Shown here: positions 39,710 to 49,633 of the stretch, piece by piece
Numbering within the stretch: the first letter of the stretch is position 1
Layout of the letters: each line of letters begins with the position of its first letter
Assembly: GCA_963665775.2 (NCBI GenBank)
Contig: CAXXTF010000001.1
Location: 224,001 to 288,000 of the forward strand
Direction: 5' to 3'
Length of the DNA: 64,000 nucleotides
Origin: Dehalococcoidia bacterium
GTDB taxonomy: Bacteria > Chloroflexota > Dehalococcoidia > SM23-28-2 > RBG-16-64-32
The notes under the pieces: generated by a model
What the model was told of the DNA's origin: nothing
The model's input: the letters and a program-made list of their open reading frames with translations, nothing else
The model's database searches: none
Program-made: the position numbers and the translations under genes

Positions 39710-40785
39710 ACGTGGAAAAGGAAATGAAGGATGTCGCCATCCTGGACAGCGTACCCCTTCCCCTCAGTACGCAGAAGACCATGCTTCCTCACCTCGGCCA
39801 GGGAGCCCAGCTCCAGGAGCTTATCCCAGGTGATGACCTCGGCCCGGATGAACCCTCGCTCCATATCGGTGTGAATGCGGCCGGCGGCCTGCAGGGCGCT
39901 GACACCGGTGGGGATGGGCCAGGCGCGGCACTCCTCCCCTACAGAGGTGTAGAAGGTGACCAGATCCAGGAGGTCCTGCGCTAGACGTAGGACGCGCCAG
40001 GTGGGGGTGTCCCCGGCCTCCATCTCGCGACGAAACTCAGCCCCTTCCTCGGGCGAAAGCTGCAACAGCTCCTCCTCCAGCCGGGCGCTCATAGCGCCAA
40101 CGGAGGTCCGGCTGGCGCCGTAACGCCCCAGGTACTCCCCCTCAACGGCGCCGGCGTTGGCCGCCTTGGCCTCATCGATGTTCAGGAGGATGAGCATCGG
40201 CTTCAGGGAGAGGAGCCCATAGTTGGCCAGGGCCTTGAGCTCATCGGGGCCCAGCACCTGATTGCGCAGCGGCAGGTCCGACTCCAGGTACTGCCGCACC
40301 CGCTGCAGCAGGAGCTGCTCCCGCTCTCCGGCCTCGCGGTCTCCCGGCCGTGCCGAGCGGAAGGTAATGTCCATCTTCTCCAACCGCCGCTCCACGATAC
40401 CCAGGTCGTTCAGCATCAGGTCGCCCTCGAAGGCCTCGATATCGCGATGGGCGTCGACGCTGCCCCGGGGATGCGGCACATCGTCGCGGTGGAAGGCCCG
40501 CACGACATGGATGAGGAGATCTGCCCTGCTCAGGGATTCGGCAGCCTCGCCAGCCGGTCCCGCTCCTGGCTGGAAGAGGGGCGGCAGATCGTGCAGATGC
40601 ACCTCGATGGGGGTGACCTTCTTGGCTGAAACCAGAGCGGCCAGCTTCTCTAACCGCTCATCGGGGATCCTGACGACGCCGATGTGCTCCTGGCGAGCGC
40701 TCCCGCCACCCGTGTGGCCGGCGGTGAGAGCCGAAAAAACGGTGGTCTTGCCGCTCAGCGGCTGCCCGACGATAGCGAGCTCCAC
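39706..40785 (-). CDS. ychF: YchF/Obg-family ATPase
   Basis: IVGQPLSGKTT, AAGRIHTDMERGFIRAEV and EGK.Y.VQDGD. Confidence 0.88.
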   Translation of the reverse strand: MELAIVGQPLSGKTTVFSALTAGHTGGGSARQEHIGVVRIPDERLEKLAALVSAKKVTPIEVHLHDLPPLFQPGAGPAGEAAESLSRADLLIHVVRAFHRDDVPHPRGSVDAHRDIEAFEGDLMLNDLGIVERRLEKMDITFRSARPGDREAGEREQLLLQRVRQYLESDLPLRNQVLGPDELKALANYGLLSLKPMLILLNIDEAKAANAGAVEGEYLGRYGASRTSVGAMSARLEEELLQLSPEEGAEFRREMEAGDTPTWRVLRLAQDLLDLVTFYTSVGEECRAWPIPTGVSALQAAGRIHTDMERGFIRAEVITWDKLLELGSLAEVRKHGLLRTEGKGYAVQDGDILHFLFHV

Positions 40786-40942
40786 AGCACCTCCTTATCC
40801 GCCCAGGGCCAGGGTAAGAGCAACGGGGTCAGGGGTCAAGGACACGCCCAGAAACTCCTGTCCAACCCCCTGTTGGTCGCTAACCTCAATAAAGTTTCGC
40901 CGACCCCTTGACAAACGGCAGCTAGCTTCTTATCAGCCAGGC

Positions 40943-41170
40943 ATGAAAAGAAAAGCGGGCACCCTCCTACCGATCGAGCTGTCCATCCTGGAAGCGGGCA
41001 TCGACCAGCACATGCACCAGCGCTATGAGTACGACGGCGATGACTATGTACAAATCAAGTACGATGGCATTGGGGCAGGGAGCGCGCCCGTCACACCGGC
41101 TGGCCCCGCGGCGCCGGTACCGCCTAGCGCGTCCGCGGGTCCAAGGCGTCCCGCAGCCCGTCGCCGATGA
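40943..41170 (+). pseudogene. probable truncated PadR-like regulator N-terminus
   Basis: MKRKAGTLLPIELSILEAGID follows a TTGACA, then the frame runs into unrelated sequence antisense to oppC. Confidence 0.35.
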
Positions 41171-42038
41171 AGGTAAACGCCATCATGGTAACGGCGATCG
41201 CCACGGCCGGGTAGACCACCAGCATCGGGGTGGCGAATACCGCCCGATAGCCGGAGTCCACCATCCCGCCCCAGGTGGCCGTCGGCGGCGCGATGCCGAC
41301 GCCGATGAAGCTGAGGGCGCTCTCCGCGAAGATGGCCAGAGGCACCCCGAAGGTGAGCACCACGATGAGCGGCCCCATGCTGTTGGGCAGCATATGTACC
41401 AGCGTGACGCGAGTGCCGCCGGCCCCTACCGCTCTGGCCGCCGCGACGTACTCCCGCTCCTTGAGGGAAAGCATCTGTCCCCGCACCAGCCGCGCCACCG
41501 TCACCCAGCCAACGAGCGAGATGGCGAGGATAATCACCATCAGACTCCCACCGGGCACCTCGACGTCCTCCAGCACTTGCCTCAGCAGAATGATCGCCAG
41601 CAGGTCCGGGAAGGCGTAAGTCAGGTCTGTGAAGCGCATCAGCAGATTGTCGACCAGGCGACCGCCCATGGCCGCCGCCGCCCCGATGGGCAGCGCTATG
41701 AAGAGAATCGCGACCTGGCTGAGGATGCCGACCGACAGCGAGACGCGGGCGCCGTGGATCAGCCGACTCAGCACATCGCGGCAGGTGCCGTCCGTGCCCA
41801 GCAGGTGCTCAGCGCTGGGACCGCGAAGGGCTCCCGTCGCGCAGTCCTGAGCGTTCGGGTCGTGGGGCGCCACAACATCCGCAAAGACCGCCACCAGCAC
41901 CAGGCTCGCCACGACAATGAGGCCCAGCATGGCCAGCCGGTTCCTTAGCATTCGGCGTAGCGCCTGCCTCCAGAGGGAGCGAGCCTCCTCCGCGGGCTCC
42001 AGCCAGCCCGCCCTGGCCGTCTGTGTGATCCCTGCCAT
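41124..42038 (-). CDS. oppC: oligopeptide ABC permease OppC
   Basis: HLLGTD...RD..SRLIHGAR.SL, EYVAAARAVG and GDGLRDALDPR. Confidence 0.92.
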   Translation of the reverse strand: MAGITQTARAGWLEPAEEARSLWRQALRRMLRNRLAMLGLIVVASLVLVAVFADVVAPHDPNAQDCATGALRGPSAEHLLGTDGTCRDVLSRLIHGARVSLSVGILSQVAILFIALPIGAAAAMGGRLVDNLLMRFTDLTYAFPDLLAIILLRQVLEDVEVPGGSLMVIILAISLVGWVTVARLVRGQMLSLKEREYVAAARAVGAGGTRVTLVHMLPNSMGPLIVVLTFGVPLAIFAESALSFIGVGIAPPTATWGGMVDSGYRAVFATPMLVVYPAVAIAVTMMAFTFIGDGLRDALDPRTR

Positions 42039-42041
42039 ACC

Positions 42042-42989
42042 CTATGTCCTGATCCGCGGATCGACCACGGAGTACATCATGTCCACCATCAGATTCGCCA
42101 CCACTATCACCGCAGCGTAGAAGAGCGTCACCCCCATGATCACCCCATAGTCTCGCTGGAAGACCGAAGTGACAAACTGCTTACCGATCCCCGGGATCCC
42201 GAATACGGTCTCGACGATGAACGATCCGGTCACCAGGCTGGCCGCCAGCGGCCCCGCCACGGTCAGGATCGGGATCGAGGCGTTCCGGGCAACGTGGCGC
42301 ATGAGAATCGACCGCTCCCGTAGCCCTTTCGCCTCAGCCGTGCGCACATAGTCCTGCTGGAGCACCTCCACCACGGCCGCTCGCGTGACTCGAGCCAGAT
42401 AGGCGGCTGGCAGCATCCCCAGGGTGATGGTAGGCAAGATCGCCTGCCTGGGGTCGGGCAAGAGCCACCACTTCTGCTCCCAGCCGAACACCGGAAGCCA
42501 TCCCAACTGCACGCCGAACACCACGATAAGCAGGATCCCTAGCACAAAGCTGGGAGTGCTGGCGCCCAACGTGGCGAAGGTCACGGACAGGTAGTCCACG
42601 AGGGTGTTCTGTTTCAGGGCAGCCAAGACGCCCAGGGAGACCCCCACCACCACCGCGAACACCAGGGCGAACAGCCCCAGGACGGCCGTTACCCCCAGAC
42701 CATCCACGATAATGCCGGACACGGAACGACCCTGTAGCTGAAAGGAGATGCCCAGATCGCCCTGGATGGCGTTCCCGCTAAAGGTGAGGAACTGCCGCCA
42801 GAGGGGTTCATCCAGGCCGTACTTAGCGTCCAGCTGCCGCTCCAGCGTGCTGGAAACGGGCCGTCCACTGGAATCCCACGGGCCTCCCGGCACCGCGTGC
42901 ATAAGCAAGAAGGTGACGACGGCTACGAAAAACAGAACCGGCGCCAGCCAGAGCAGCCGCCGGAGAACGAATGCCATCATAGCGAGCAT
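42042..42989 (-). CDS. oppB: oligopeptide ABC permease OppB
   Basis: VPGGPW, YGLDEPLW.Q, QDYVRTA.AKGL and DPRIR. Confidence 0.92.
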   Translation of the reverse strand: MLAMMAFVLRRLLWLAPVLFFVAVVTFLLMHAVPGGPWDSSGRPVSSTLERQLDAKYGLDEPLWRQFLTFSGNAIQGDLGISFQLQGRSVSGIIVDGLGVTAVLGLFALVFAVVVGVSLGVLAALKQNTLVDYLSVTFATLGASTPSFVLGILLIVVFGVQLGWLPVFGWEQKWWLLPDPRQAILPTITLGMLPAAYLARVTRAAVVEVLQQDYVRTAEAKGLRERSILMRHVARNASIPILTVAGPLAASLVTGSFIVETVFGIPGIGKQFVTSVFQRDYGVIMGVTLFYAAVIVVANLMVDMMYSVVDPRIRT

Positions 42990-43030
42990 GGGCAGGGGGC
43001 TGCCTTAGGCAACCCCCTGCCCCGCCGTCC

Positions 43031-44739
43031 CTATCGCTCGATTATCGCGGTCTGCCAGTAGAAGAAGTCACCAGGAATACCGTCGGCACCGGTCATCAGC
43101 AGGTCCTGGACGTAGGGCTTGACCAGCCAAGCCGTCTCGTCATTGAACAGCGCACACAGGGCGACGTCCTCGTCGATGAGGACCCCCTCAGCCCGCTGCC
43201 AGAGCCTCACCGCCTCCTGGGGATCGTCCGCGGCCAGGGCGGACTCCACGGCGGCATCGTACTCGGGGTTGCTGTAACCGCCGGTGTTCAGAGCGCCATC
43301 CTCCGTCCAGAGGAGAAGCCAGTTCTGGGGATGGTGGTAGTCCTGGGTGAAGCCGATGAAGGTAAGGTCATAGTCGCCACCGAAGAACGCCTCGAAAAAG
43401 GCCGCTCCATCCAGGGGCTCAAGGTCAACGCTTAGGCCCAGGTTCTGCTTCCACTGGCCCTGTAGAAACTCCGCCCGGGTGGGGTTAGGGTCAGTGTTGA
43501 AGTAGGTCAGTTCGACGGAGGAGGTGAAGTCGGCAGGCGGCTTGGGGTCAGAACCCGATACCTGCACCGAGTCGGGATCGAACACCAGCCCCTGTCCCCG
43601 CTCAGCATCGTAGTAGGGGAGAAGGCCGGGCGGGAGCCAGGCGGTAGTAGGATTACCAAGACCCTGCTGTACTTCGTTCACGAGGGTCTCACGATCGATT
43701 GCCTGACAGACACTCTCCCGGGCGTTGAGCGTATCGAATGGTGGGTGGGTCTGGTTGAACACAATGGCGACCGTAGTGGCCTGGGCCACCCGCCGCAATT
43801 CCGGGTCGTCAGACAGTCCCCGAAGACTGGCCAGGGGCACCGGAGCCATATCCAGCCCGCCACTCTGGTAGGCGGCATAGGCTGTATTCTCATCCTGGAT
43901 GATCGAAAAGACGATGCGCTCCAGGGTCGGACGCATATCCTGGTCCCAGAAGTTAGGGTTCCGCTCCAGGACGATGCGTTCGCCGTGATCCCAGGCCGCC
44001 AATCGGAAGGGTCCACTGGCCACCAGGTTGCCGGCTTCCGTCCAAACAGTGTTGGCGATGTCACCATGGCTCTCGATGACGTCCTGACGGAGGGCGGCAG
44101 TGGGCCAGAGGGACATTTGAAGGTTGAAGGTCGGTGTCGGCTGGATGAGCGTTACCTGAAGGGTGTGATCGTCCAGGGCACGGACGGCCAGGGCCTGGCG
44201 CAACGACTCGATCGTCCCCTCGTCCGCGTCGACAGCCTGGGAAAGCTCAGCCCCACCCTCGACGATGGTGGTGTAGTAGGTGTTGCCGTAGTAGGAGCCA
44301 ATACTGGGGTCCATGAGCCGCTGGAGGCCGTAGACGAAGTCCTTGGCCTGGATCGGCCGCCCGTCCTCCCAGACGGCATCCTCGCGCAGCTTGCGCGCAG
44401 CTTGAAGGTATAGGTAAGACCGTCCCCGCTGATGCCACCGTTCTCCCGGTTGGGGACCTCCACGGCCACATATGGATAGAGCTCATTTACAGTGGGATCG
44501 AAGCGGAGAAGCGTGGCAAAGATGTTCTTGGCCACCATCGCCTCCTCAGGGAAGGCGGCGAGGCTCGGATCGATGTAGTCGGGCTCGGCGCCTAGGGCCA
44601 CGCGCAGGGTCTGGTCTTCGGCCAGCCGGCCGAAGGATCCGCCATCCCCATCTTGCCCACAAGCAATCGCAGCAACAAGGGCGGCCAGAGCCACCAGAGC
44701 GATCGGCCAGAAACGCCATCTGTTAGGTAACAATCTCAT
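43031..44739 (-). pseudogene. oppA: oligopeptide-binding lipoprotein OppA, frameshifted
   Basis: Lipobox AIAC; TYTFKLR-EDAVWEDGRPI is split by an 11-bp duplication CGCGCAGCTTG x2 at 44383-44404. Confidence 0.85.
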
Positions 44740-44856
44740 TGCGCGCCATCCCCTTAACCTACTTACCTGCGGCAGGACACATCTTGTCCCACCTAAATAA
44801 AAAGATGGTCTGCGCGGGTTTGTGTTACATGTTCTGGCCGGAACTTTTGAGAAATC

Positions 44857-45414
44857 TCAGGAGAACGATGGATAATTAGATGAGTGATCGGGCGGGCCTA
44901 GCCGCCGTATCCGCGGCAGGAACAGCTCTCCTAGAGTGATCACCAAGCCGGCGGCGATGACCAGATCGCCAACGCTGAAGGCGTTGATCGAAGTTGGGTT
45001 TTTCCAAACCAGCGTATCGGTGAGAAACCAGAGGCGGGTGTCCTCTCGGGCCAAGAGGACATCTTTAGATTGCGGCACCCACTCACCTAGGGCTAGACCT
45101 TCTGACGGCCGGCCGATCCGCTCCAGGGTGTCGGGGCTCACGGGCATCAAGCCGCCATTGCTGGCGATAGCGACGAAGTTCAACAGCAGGCCCACGCCGA
45201 TGATCATGAGCCCCGGTCGCCGCAGGTTGGCCAAGACGAACACCAGCAGCAAGGGATAGGAAGAGACAAGCAGAACCCGCCGCGGGATATCGCTGAAGCC
45301 CAGCGGGCCAAAGATGGCGAGCAACTGCAGGGCAAGGGCCAAAAAAGCCAGTGGCCCGAGGCGGATCACCACCTTCGGGAACCACAAGCGCACGCCGAAC
45401 CTAAGACAGCGCAA
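44857..45414 (-). CDS. DUF5317-like membrane protein
   Basis: ALALQ, SY..LL.F..AN...PG..IIG.G..LN..AI..NGG.MPV, TRLWFL.D and FSVGD..I..G; start is uncertain. Confidence 0.8.
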   Translation of the reverse strand: MRCLRFGVRLWFPKVVIRLGPLAFLALALQLLAIFGPLGFSDIPRRVLLVSSYPLLLVFVLANLRRPGLMIIGVGLLLNFVAIASNGGLMPVSPDTLERIGRPSEGLALGEWVPQSKDVLLAREDTRLWFLTDTLVWKNPTSINAFSVGDLVIAAGLVITLGELFLPRIRRLGPPDHSSNYPSFS

Positions 45415-45479
45415 ACCGGGGAGGCGAAACCCCTCCGCGCAAGCCGGGACGGCCTATTCTGTTGTGGGCGATCGAACTC

Positions 45480-45569
45480 CTATCCTCGCCAGAGCGGTGC
45501 CGCAGCGGCGGCGACGAGGGCGCCGATCACTAGAAGCGAGTAGGCCATATAAGTAAGTCGTGCCTTCAT
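45480..45569 (-). CDS. 29-aa signal-peptide-like small protein MKARLTYMAYSLLVIGALVAAAAAPLWRG
   Basis: ATG 45569, TAG 45480, GAGGGAGGGG RBS and own promoter; below the ORF-track length cutoff. Confidence 0.72.
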   Translation of the reverse strand: MKARLTYMAYSLLVIGALVAAAAAPLWRG

Positions 45570-45613
45570 GATACCCCTCCCTCTCGGTATTACCCGAGTC
45601 AATGTAACCTATT

Positions 45614-45641
45614 AGTATACCAATTGCTAAAGGGATGTCAA
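45614..45641 (-). promoter_or_regulatory. near-consensus sigma70 promoter
   Basis: TTGACA-16 nt-TATACT with an extended TG and AT-rich upstream DNA. Confidence 0.7.
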
Positions 45642-45779
45642 GGGATAAATATAAGGATTTCGAAAAAAAAGCCCGTAAAGGACTTTTGCGAGCTATTATC
45701 GTCAACCGAAGCTATTACGGTCAACTGGAGGCGCCATCCGCTTCCCCTCGGGCTAGTATCCCCGGCGTCCCTCCCCAGA

Positions 45780-46073
45780 TCAGCTGTCAGCGCACCAGAT
45801 GGCCACCATCGGTTCGCCATCGGGGCTTTCGGCCGGCACGTATCGCACCATGTGCAGGTCCGCCCCGCTGCAACCGCCAACGTAAATGGCGTACTCCACC
45901 GTCACATCCGAGGTGCTGCCCGGCCAGGGCCATGAACACTCATCTTCAGACACGGCACAGCTAGTGACGGCCGAAGGAGGGCTCTCCGCGTCCGCAGACC
46001 GCGACCCGATGCTCTGACCGGCCACCAGGGCGAACAGCAGCATCGCCAACAACGCGAAAAAGCCTAATCGCAT
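45780..46073 (-). CDS. hypothetical secreted protein (4 Cys), possibly truncated
   Basis: GGGGAG RBS and N-terminal signal peptide MRLGFFALLAMLLFALVAG...ADA. Confidence 0.55.
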   Translation of the reverse strand: MRLGFFALLAMLLFALVAGQSIGSRSADAESPPSAVTSCAVSEDECSWPWPGSTSDVTVEYAIYVGGCSGADLHMVRYVPAESPDGEPMVAIWCADS

Positions 46074-46142
46074 TGTCTCCCCTAGAATAGAGGACTTTGG
46101 CCGGCCACAGTGGCCAGCATCAGGGCCAGCATGGTTACCACT

Positions 46143-46171
46143 AAGTTAAGATTCATGAAGTTAAGATTCAT
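46143..46171. repeat. 14-bp perfect direct repeat
   Basis: AAGTTAAGATTCAT-G-AAGTTAAGATTCAT. Confidence 0.85.
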
Positions 46172-46249
46172 ATCGCTCCTCCTCTGCCACCAGTCTCCCA
46201 GAGCCCTCTCGCCAAAATCTCGCCGAAAGACCGAGAGGTGACGCGCGAA

Positions 46250-46286
46250 GGGGAAAAAGGAAGCGGCCCCCTCATCGGGGGCCGCT
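46250..46286 (-). terminator. intrinsic terminator
   Basis: AGCGGCCCCC/GGGGGCCGCT stem followed by TCCTTTTT on the minus strand, after the BTAD gene. Confidence 0.65.
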
Positions 46287-46308
46287 ATCGAGGCTACCGT
46301 CTCTTGCT

Positions 46309-49300
46309 CTAGGCCGGCGATCTACCTCTGCTGATCTGGCGCTGAATCTCGTCGAAGTCCTGAGCTGTTTCCCCGCCGAGGTTTTCGGAGATGATTTGAG
46401 CATAGCGATTGTAGCTGTACTTAGCGGCTTCCAGGTGACCGGACTGAATGTAGTTGGTCATCAGACGATACCAGGCCGCCTCATTCAACTCGTCCACGCC
46501 GAGGATGCGCTGGCAGAGCTCGGCGCTACGCTTGAATTCGCCTGCCTGGCTGTAGGCCGCCGCCAGCGTCGTGAGGAGCCGCATGTACTGCTCCTCTGTC
46601 TGCCAGCGCAGCGTCTCCGCCCACTCCGAGTAGAAGTCCGAGGCGAAGGGACCGTTGTACTGCGCCAGCGCCTTCTCCTGCAAGGCCAACGCCTCTGGGC
46701 CGCCCTTCGGCGCCCTGTCCGCCTGCTGCAACGCCTGCTGAAATGCTGCCACGTCAAAGGGGAAATGCCCCTGGGGATCCAGGATGTACCGTCCTGAGTC
46801 CTTGGCGATGCAGTCAGGATAGAGGGCCTGCCGCAGGCGATAGAGGTTCGAGTGGAAGGCGCTGCCGGTCTTTTCGTCGGGAAGGTCGGGCCAGAGTGCG
46901 GCCACGATCTCATCCTTGCGCAAGGGGCGCCGGTGGCAGAGGAAGAAGAAGAACATCTCCTTGCTCTTCTCGCTGCGCCACTCCAGATCCGTGATCTCTC
47001 GTCCGTCGATCTCCACGCGAAGGTTGCCCAATCCGTACGCCTGTACCGTCGTGCCGGCGGACTCCGGCTGCGCTGTCTCCTGCGAAGCCTCCGCCTGCGC
47101 TCCCGCTGGGGCCCTGATCACCTTCAGCAACTGTCCAAAGTAACCATCGGCTATCTTGTTGGCGGCCGCATACTGAACCAGCAGCGGATTCCGCGCAGCC
47201 TCGACTTTCAGGAAGTGATCGTAGCCCAACCCCTGCACCAGGTTGGCCACAGTCTCCAGGCTCTCCAGGGCCAGCCGCTTGCGCTTAAGCGAGAAGTAGA
47301 CACCGCCCAGATGGAAGTGCGCGGTGGCCAGCTCTCGCTTGGCGTCCGCCTGCTTGAGGAGGCGACTGGTCTCTTCCAGAGACGATACCGCCTCCTTAGG
47401 CTGACCGCGGTCGCGCTGGATGAGGCCCCGCGTTAGAGTGCAAAGGCCCAACTCAAACACGCCCCCCCGCTCTTCCGCCTCAGCGGTGGCCCGATTCGCC
47501 CAAGACTCCCCATCGGTGATATCTCCCATGAGCCGGTATGTATTAGCGATGGCGTCCATAGTATAGATGCGAATGTAGGCCTCGTCCAAGTCGGAACCCC
47601 GTTCCAAGGCGGAGTTGTACAACTCCTGGGCGCCCTGGTACTCGCCCCTGTCCCGGCGGATATCGCCCAGGCAGGTCAGGAGATAGGCCTCTGCCTCCGA
47701 GCGTATCTCCTCCTCCACCTTCTCCAGGGCCTGCCGGAAGACCGCGTCGGCTTGATCGAAGTCACCCTGGAGGTAGTGCAGCATGCCCAGGTTATTCAGA
47801 TTCTGCACTAGCTTCTTGTCGTTGCCCAGCTTGGACCAGCGCTGGCGCGCCCGCATCAGATAGTCCGCTGCCTCCGAAAGCCGGCCCAGGGCTACCAAGG
47901 CAACGCCGATCTGGTCGCTCACGTGGGCAATGTCATAGGACTCGCCCTGAGCCTCGTAGACCTCCAGCGCACCCCTCAGCTCGTTCAGCTCCTTGTCGAA
48001 CTCGCCGCACATTCCGTAGGTGATACCCAACTCCTTGCGGGCCTCAGTCAAGAGAGAGGTAGGTCCATCGTGTTTGAGGAGTAGGGAGCGAGCCCTCGTC
48101 AGCACTTCCTCCGATTCCTTGTAGTCACCCTTGACCCGCAGGCACATTCCCTTCGTGACCAACGCCTCGGCCAGGGAAACCCACTCCTTCTCGGCCTCAA
48201 AGGAGACGATCGCCTCGGCCAGCAATGATAGGGCCCTGTCCATCTGATGCAGATAGTGAAGCATGCGCGCCTTCCACAGAATCAGCTTCGGCTGCGCCGC
48301 CAGCTCCTCCGGCGGGATCGCCTCCAGCCAGCCGGCAAGGGTATCCCACTTCCCCTCTCTGAACAGCTGCCAGCCGACCCGCTCCGTAACTTGCACGATT
48401 CGCTCCCAGGCGCTGGCCTGAAGGTAATGGTACACGGCCTCTTCCCACTCCTCCGCCTTCTCCTGGAGGCCGGCCGCCCTGAGGTTCAAGTCCCGGAAGC
48501 GCTGCGGCTCCTGGGCCCGCAAATGGCTCATGAGGAAGGCCCGTACCAGCTTGTTATAGCGATAGCGCGTCCGACCGTCGTCCTCCTGGACGATGAACAG
48601 ATTCCGCCGCTCCAGGAAGTTGATCGTCTCTTCAGCATCGTCAATCTCGAGCAGTTCATTCATGAATTCCGATTCGACCGTTCTAGGCACCGCGCTGCCC
48701 AACAGGAACTCCCGCACCTCCGACGGCAGCGAGTCAAACTGCTCCACCTTAATGTATGTGGCCAGCGTGTCCGAGCCCCGGAGCTGCTCCGGCGAGATGG
48801 AGGTGCGGGCTAGTCGCACCTTATCCGCCAGGAGAATGAGAGCTGCTGCCCAGCCCTCCGTGACCTCCGCAAGATGCTGACCATCGTCCAGGGAGATTTC
48901 CTTCCCCAGAACCTCTCGGAATAGACGTACGACTTCTTCGCAGCTGAAGGCGAAATCGGAGCTGGCGATCGTGGCCACCTCCTGGCGGGCGGACATCAGA
49001 GGCAGCACCGAAAGCTGGGGCATAGTGCGGGCAGCCAGGATCAGGTGGCAGTTCTCCGGCACCCGGTAGATCCACCCCTCCAGCGCCTGCCGCAGCTCCG
49101 GCGGCGCGCCGTCCAGATAGTGGAAGTCGTCGAGGATCATCAGGTAAGGCTCCCCGACGGCCTGCACAGCCGTGATCAACAGGTCGACCGCCTCTTCCGG
49201 GGATATCGGTTGGCCCTGGCGAAGGGCATGGGCCAGATTCCCTCCGAAGCTGGGGAATTGACGCTGGCCGGAGGCGAGGAGGTAGCGCAGGAAGCTCTCC

Positions 49301-49566
49301 AGATCCTGCTCCCTCTCGTCCAGGGAGTACCAGCAGACGGGAAGATCACAGGACCGGGCGAAGTCTAGGATGAGGGATGTCTTGCCGTATCCAGCGGGGG
49401 CGCTGATGATGGTGACTCGGCGCTCCAGCCCCTGGGCCACCAAGTCGAGCAGGCGCTGGCGGCGGATTATGGGAGGGCGACGGACAGGTAGAGCTACCTT
49501 GGAGGGATAGGGCACCTCCAGGGTCACTGGACCGCTACTATGCTTCTCAATAGTGTCAGCCATCAC
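46309..49566 (-). CDS. MalT-like NTPase-TPR-wHTH-BTAD transcriptional regulator
   Basis: APAGYGKTS Walker A, ILDDFH, TEGWAA, TPR helices, LWPD..FHSNLYRLR and Y.GPF..D.YSEW BTAD. Confidence 0.9.
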   Translation of the reverse strand: MMADTIEKHSSGPVTLEVPYPSKVALPVRRPPIIRRQRLLDLVAQGLERRVTIISAPAGYGKTSLILDFARSCDLPVCWYSLDEREQDLESFLRYLLASGQRQFPSFGGNLAHALRQGQPISPEEAVDLLITAVQAVGEPYLMILDDFHYLDGAPPELRQALEGWIYRVPENCHLILAARTMPQLSVLPLMSARQEVATIASSDFAFSCEEVVRLFREVLGKEISLDDGQHLAEVTEGWAAALILLADKVRLARTSISPEQLRGSDTLATYIKVEQFDSLPSEVREFLLGSAVPRTVESEFMNELLEIDDAEETINFLERRNLFIVQEDDGRTRYRYNKLVRAFLMSHLRAQEPQRFRDLNLRAAGLQEKAEEWEEAVYHYLQASAWERIVQVTERVGWQLFREGKWDTLAGWLEAIPPEELAAQPKLILWKARMLHYLHQMDRALSLLAEAIVSFEAEKEWVSLAEALVTKGMCLRVKGDYKESEEVLTRARSLLLKHDGPTSLLTEARKELGITYGMCGEFDKELNELRGALEVYEAQGESYDIAHVSDQIGVALVALGRLSEAADYLMRARQRWSKLGNDKKLVQNLNNLGMLHYLQGDFDQADAVFRQALEKVEEEIRSEAEAYLLTCLGDIRRDRGEYQGAQELYNSALERGSDLDEAYIRIYTMDAIANTYRLMGDITDGESWANRATAEAEERGGVFELGLCTLTRGLIQRDRGQPKEAVSSLEETSRLLKQADAKRELATAHFHLGGVYFSLKRKRLALESLETVANLVQGLGYDHFLKVEAARNPLLVQYAAANKIADGYFGQLLKVIRAPAGAQAEASQETAQPESAGTTVQAYGLGNLRVEIDGREITDLEWRSEKSKEMFFFFLCHRRPLRKDEIVAALWPDLPDEKTGSAFHSNLYRLRQALYPDCIAKDSGRYILDPQGHFPFDVAAFQQALQQADRAPKGGPEALALQEKALAQYNGPFASDFYSEWAETLRWQTEEQYMRLLTTLAAAYSQAGEFKRSAELCQRILGVDELNEAAWYRLMTNYIQSGHLEAAKYSYNRYAQIISENLGGETAQDFDEIQRQISRGRSPA

Positions 49567-49633
49567 ACCCTGCTGGACGCGGGCATCGCCGATGTTTGGC
49601 GTCCAATGTTAAGACGGGCTGAGCGGCCCGGTG

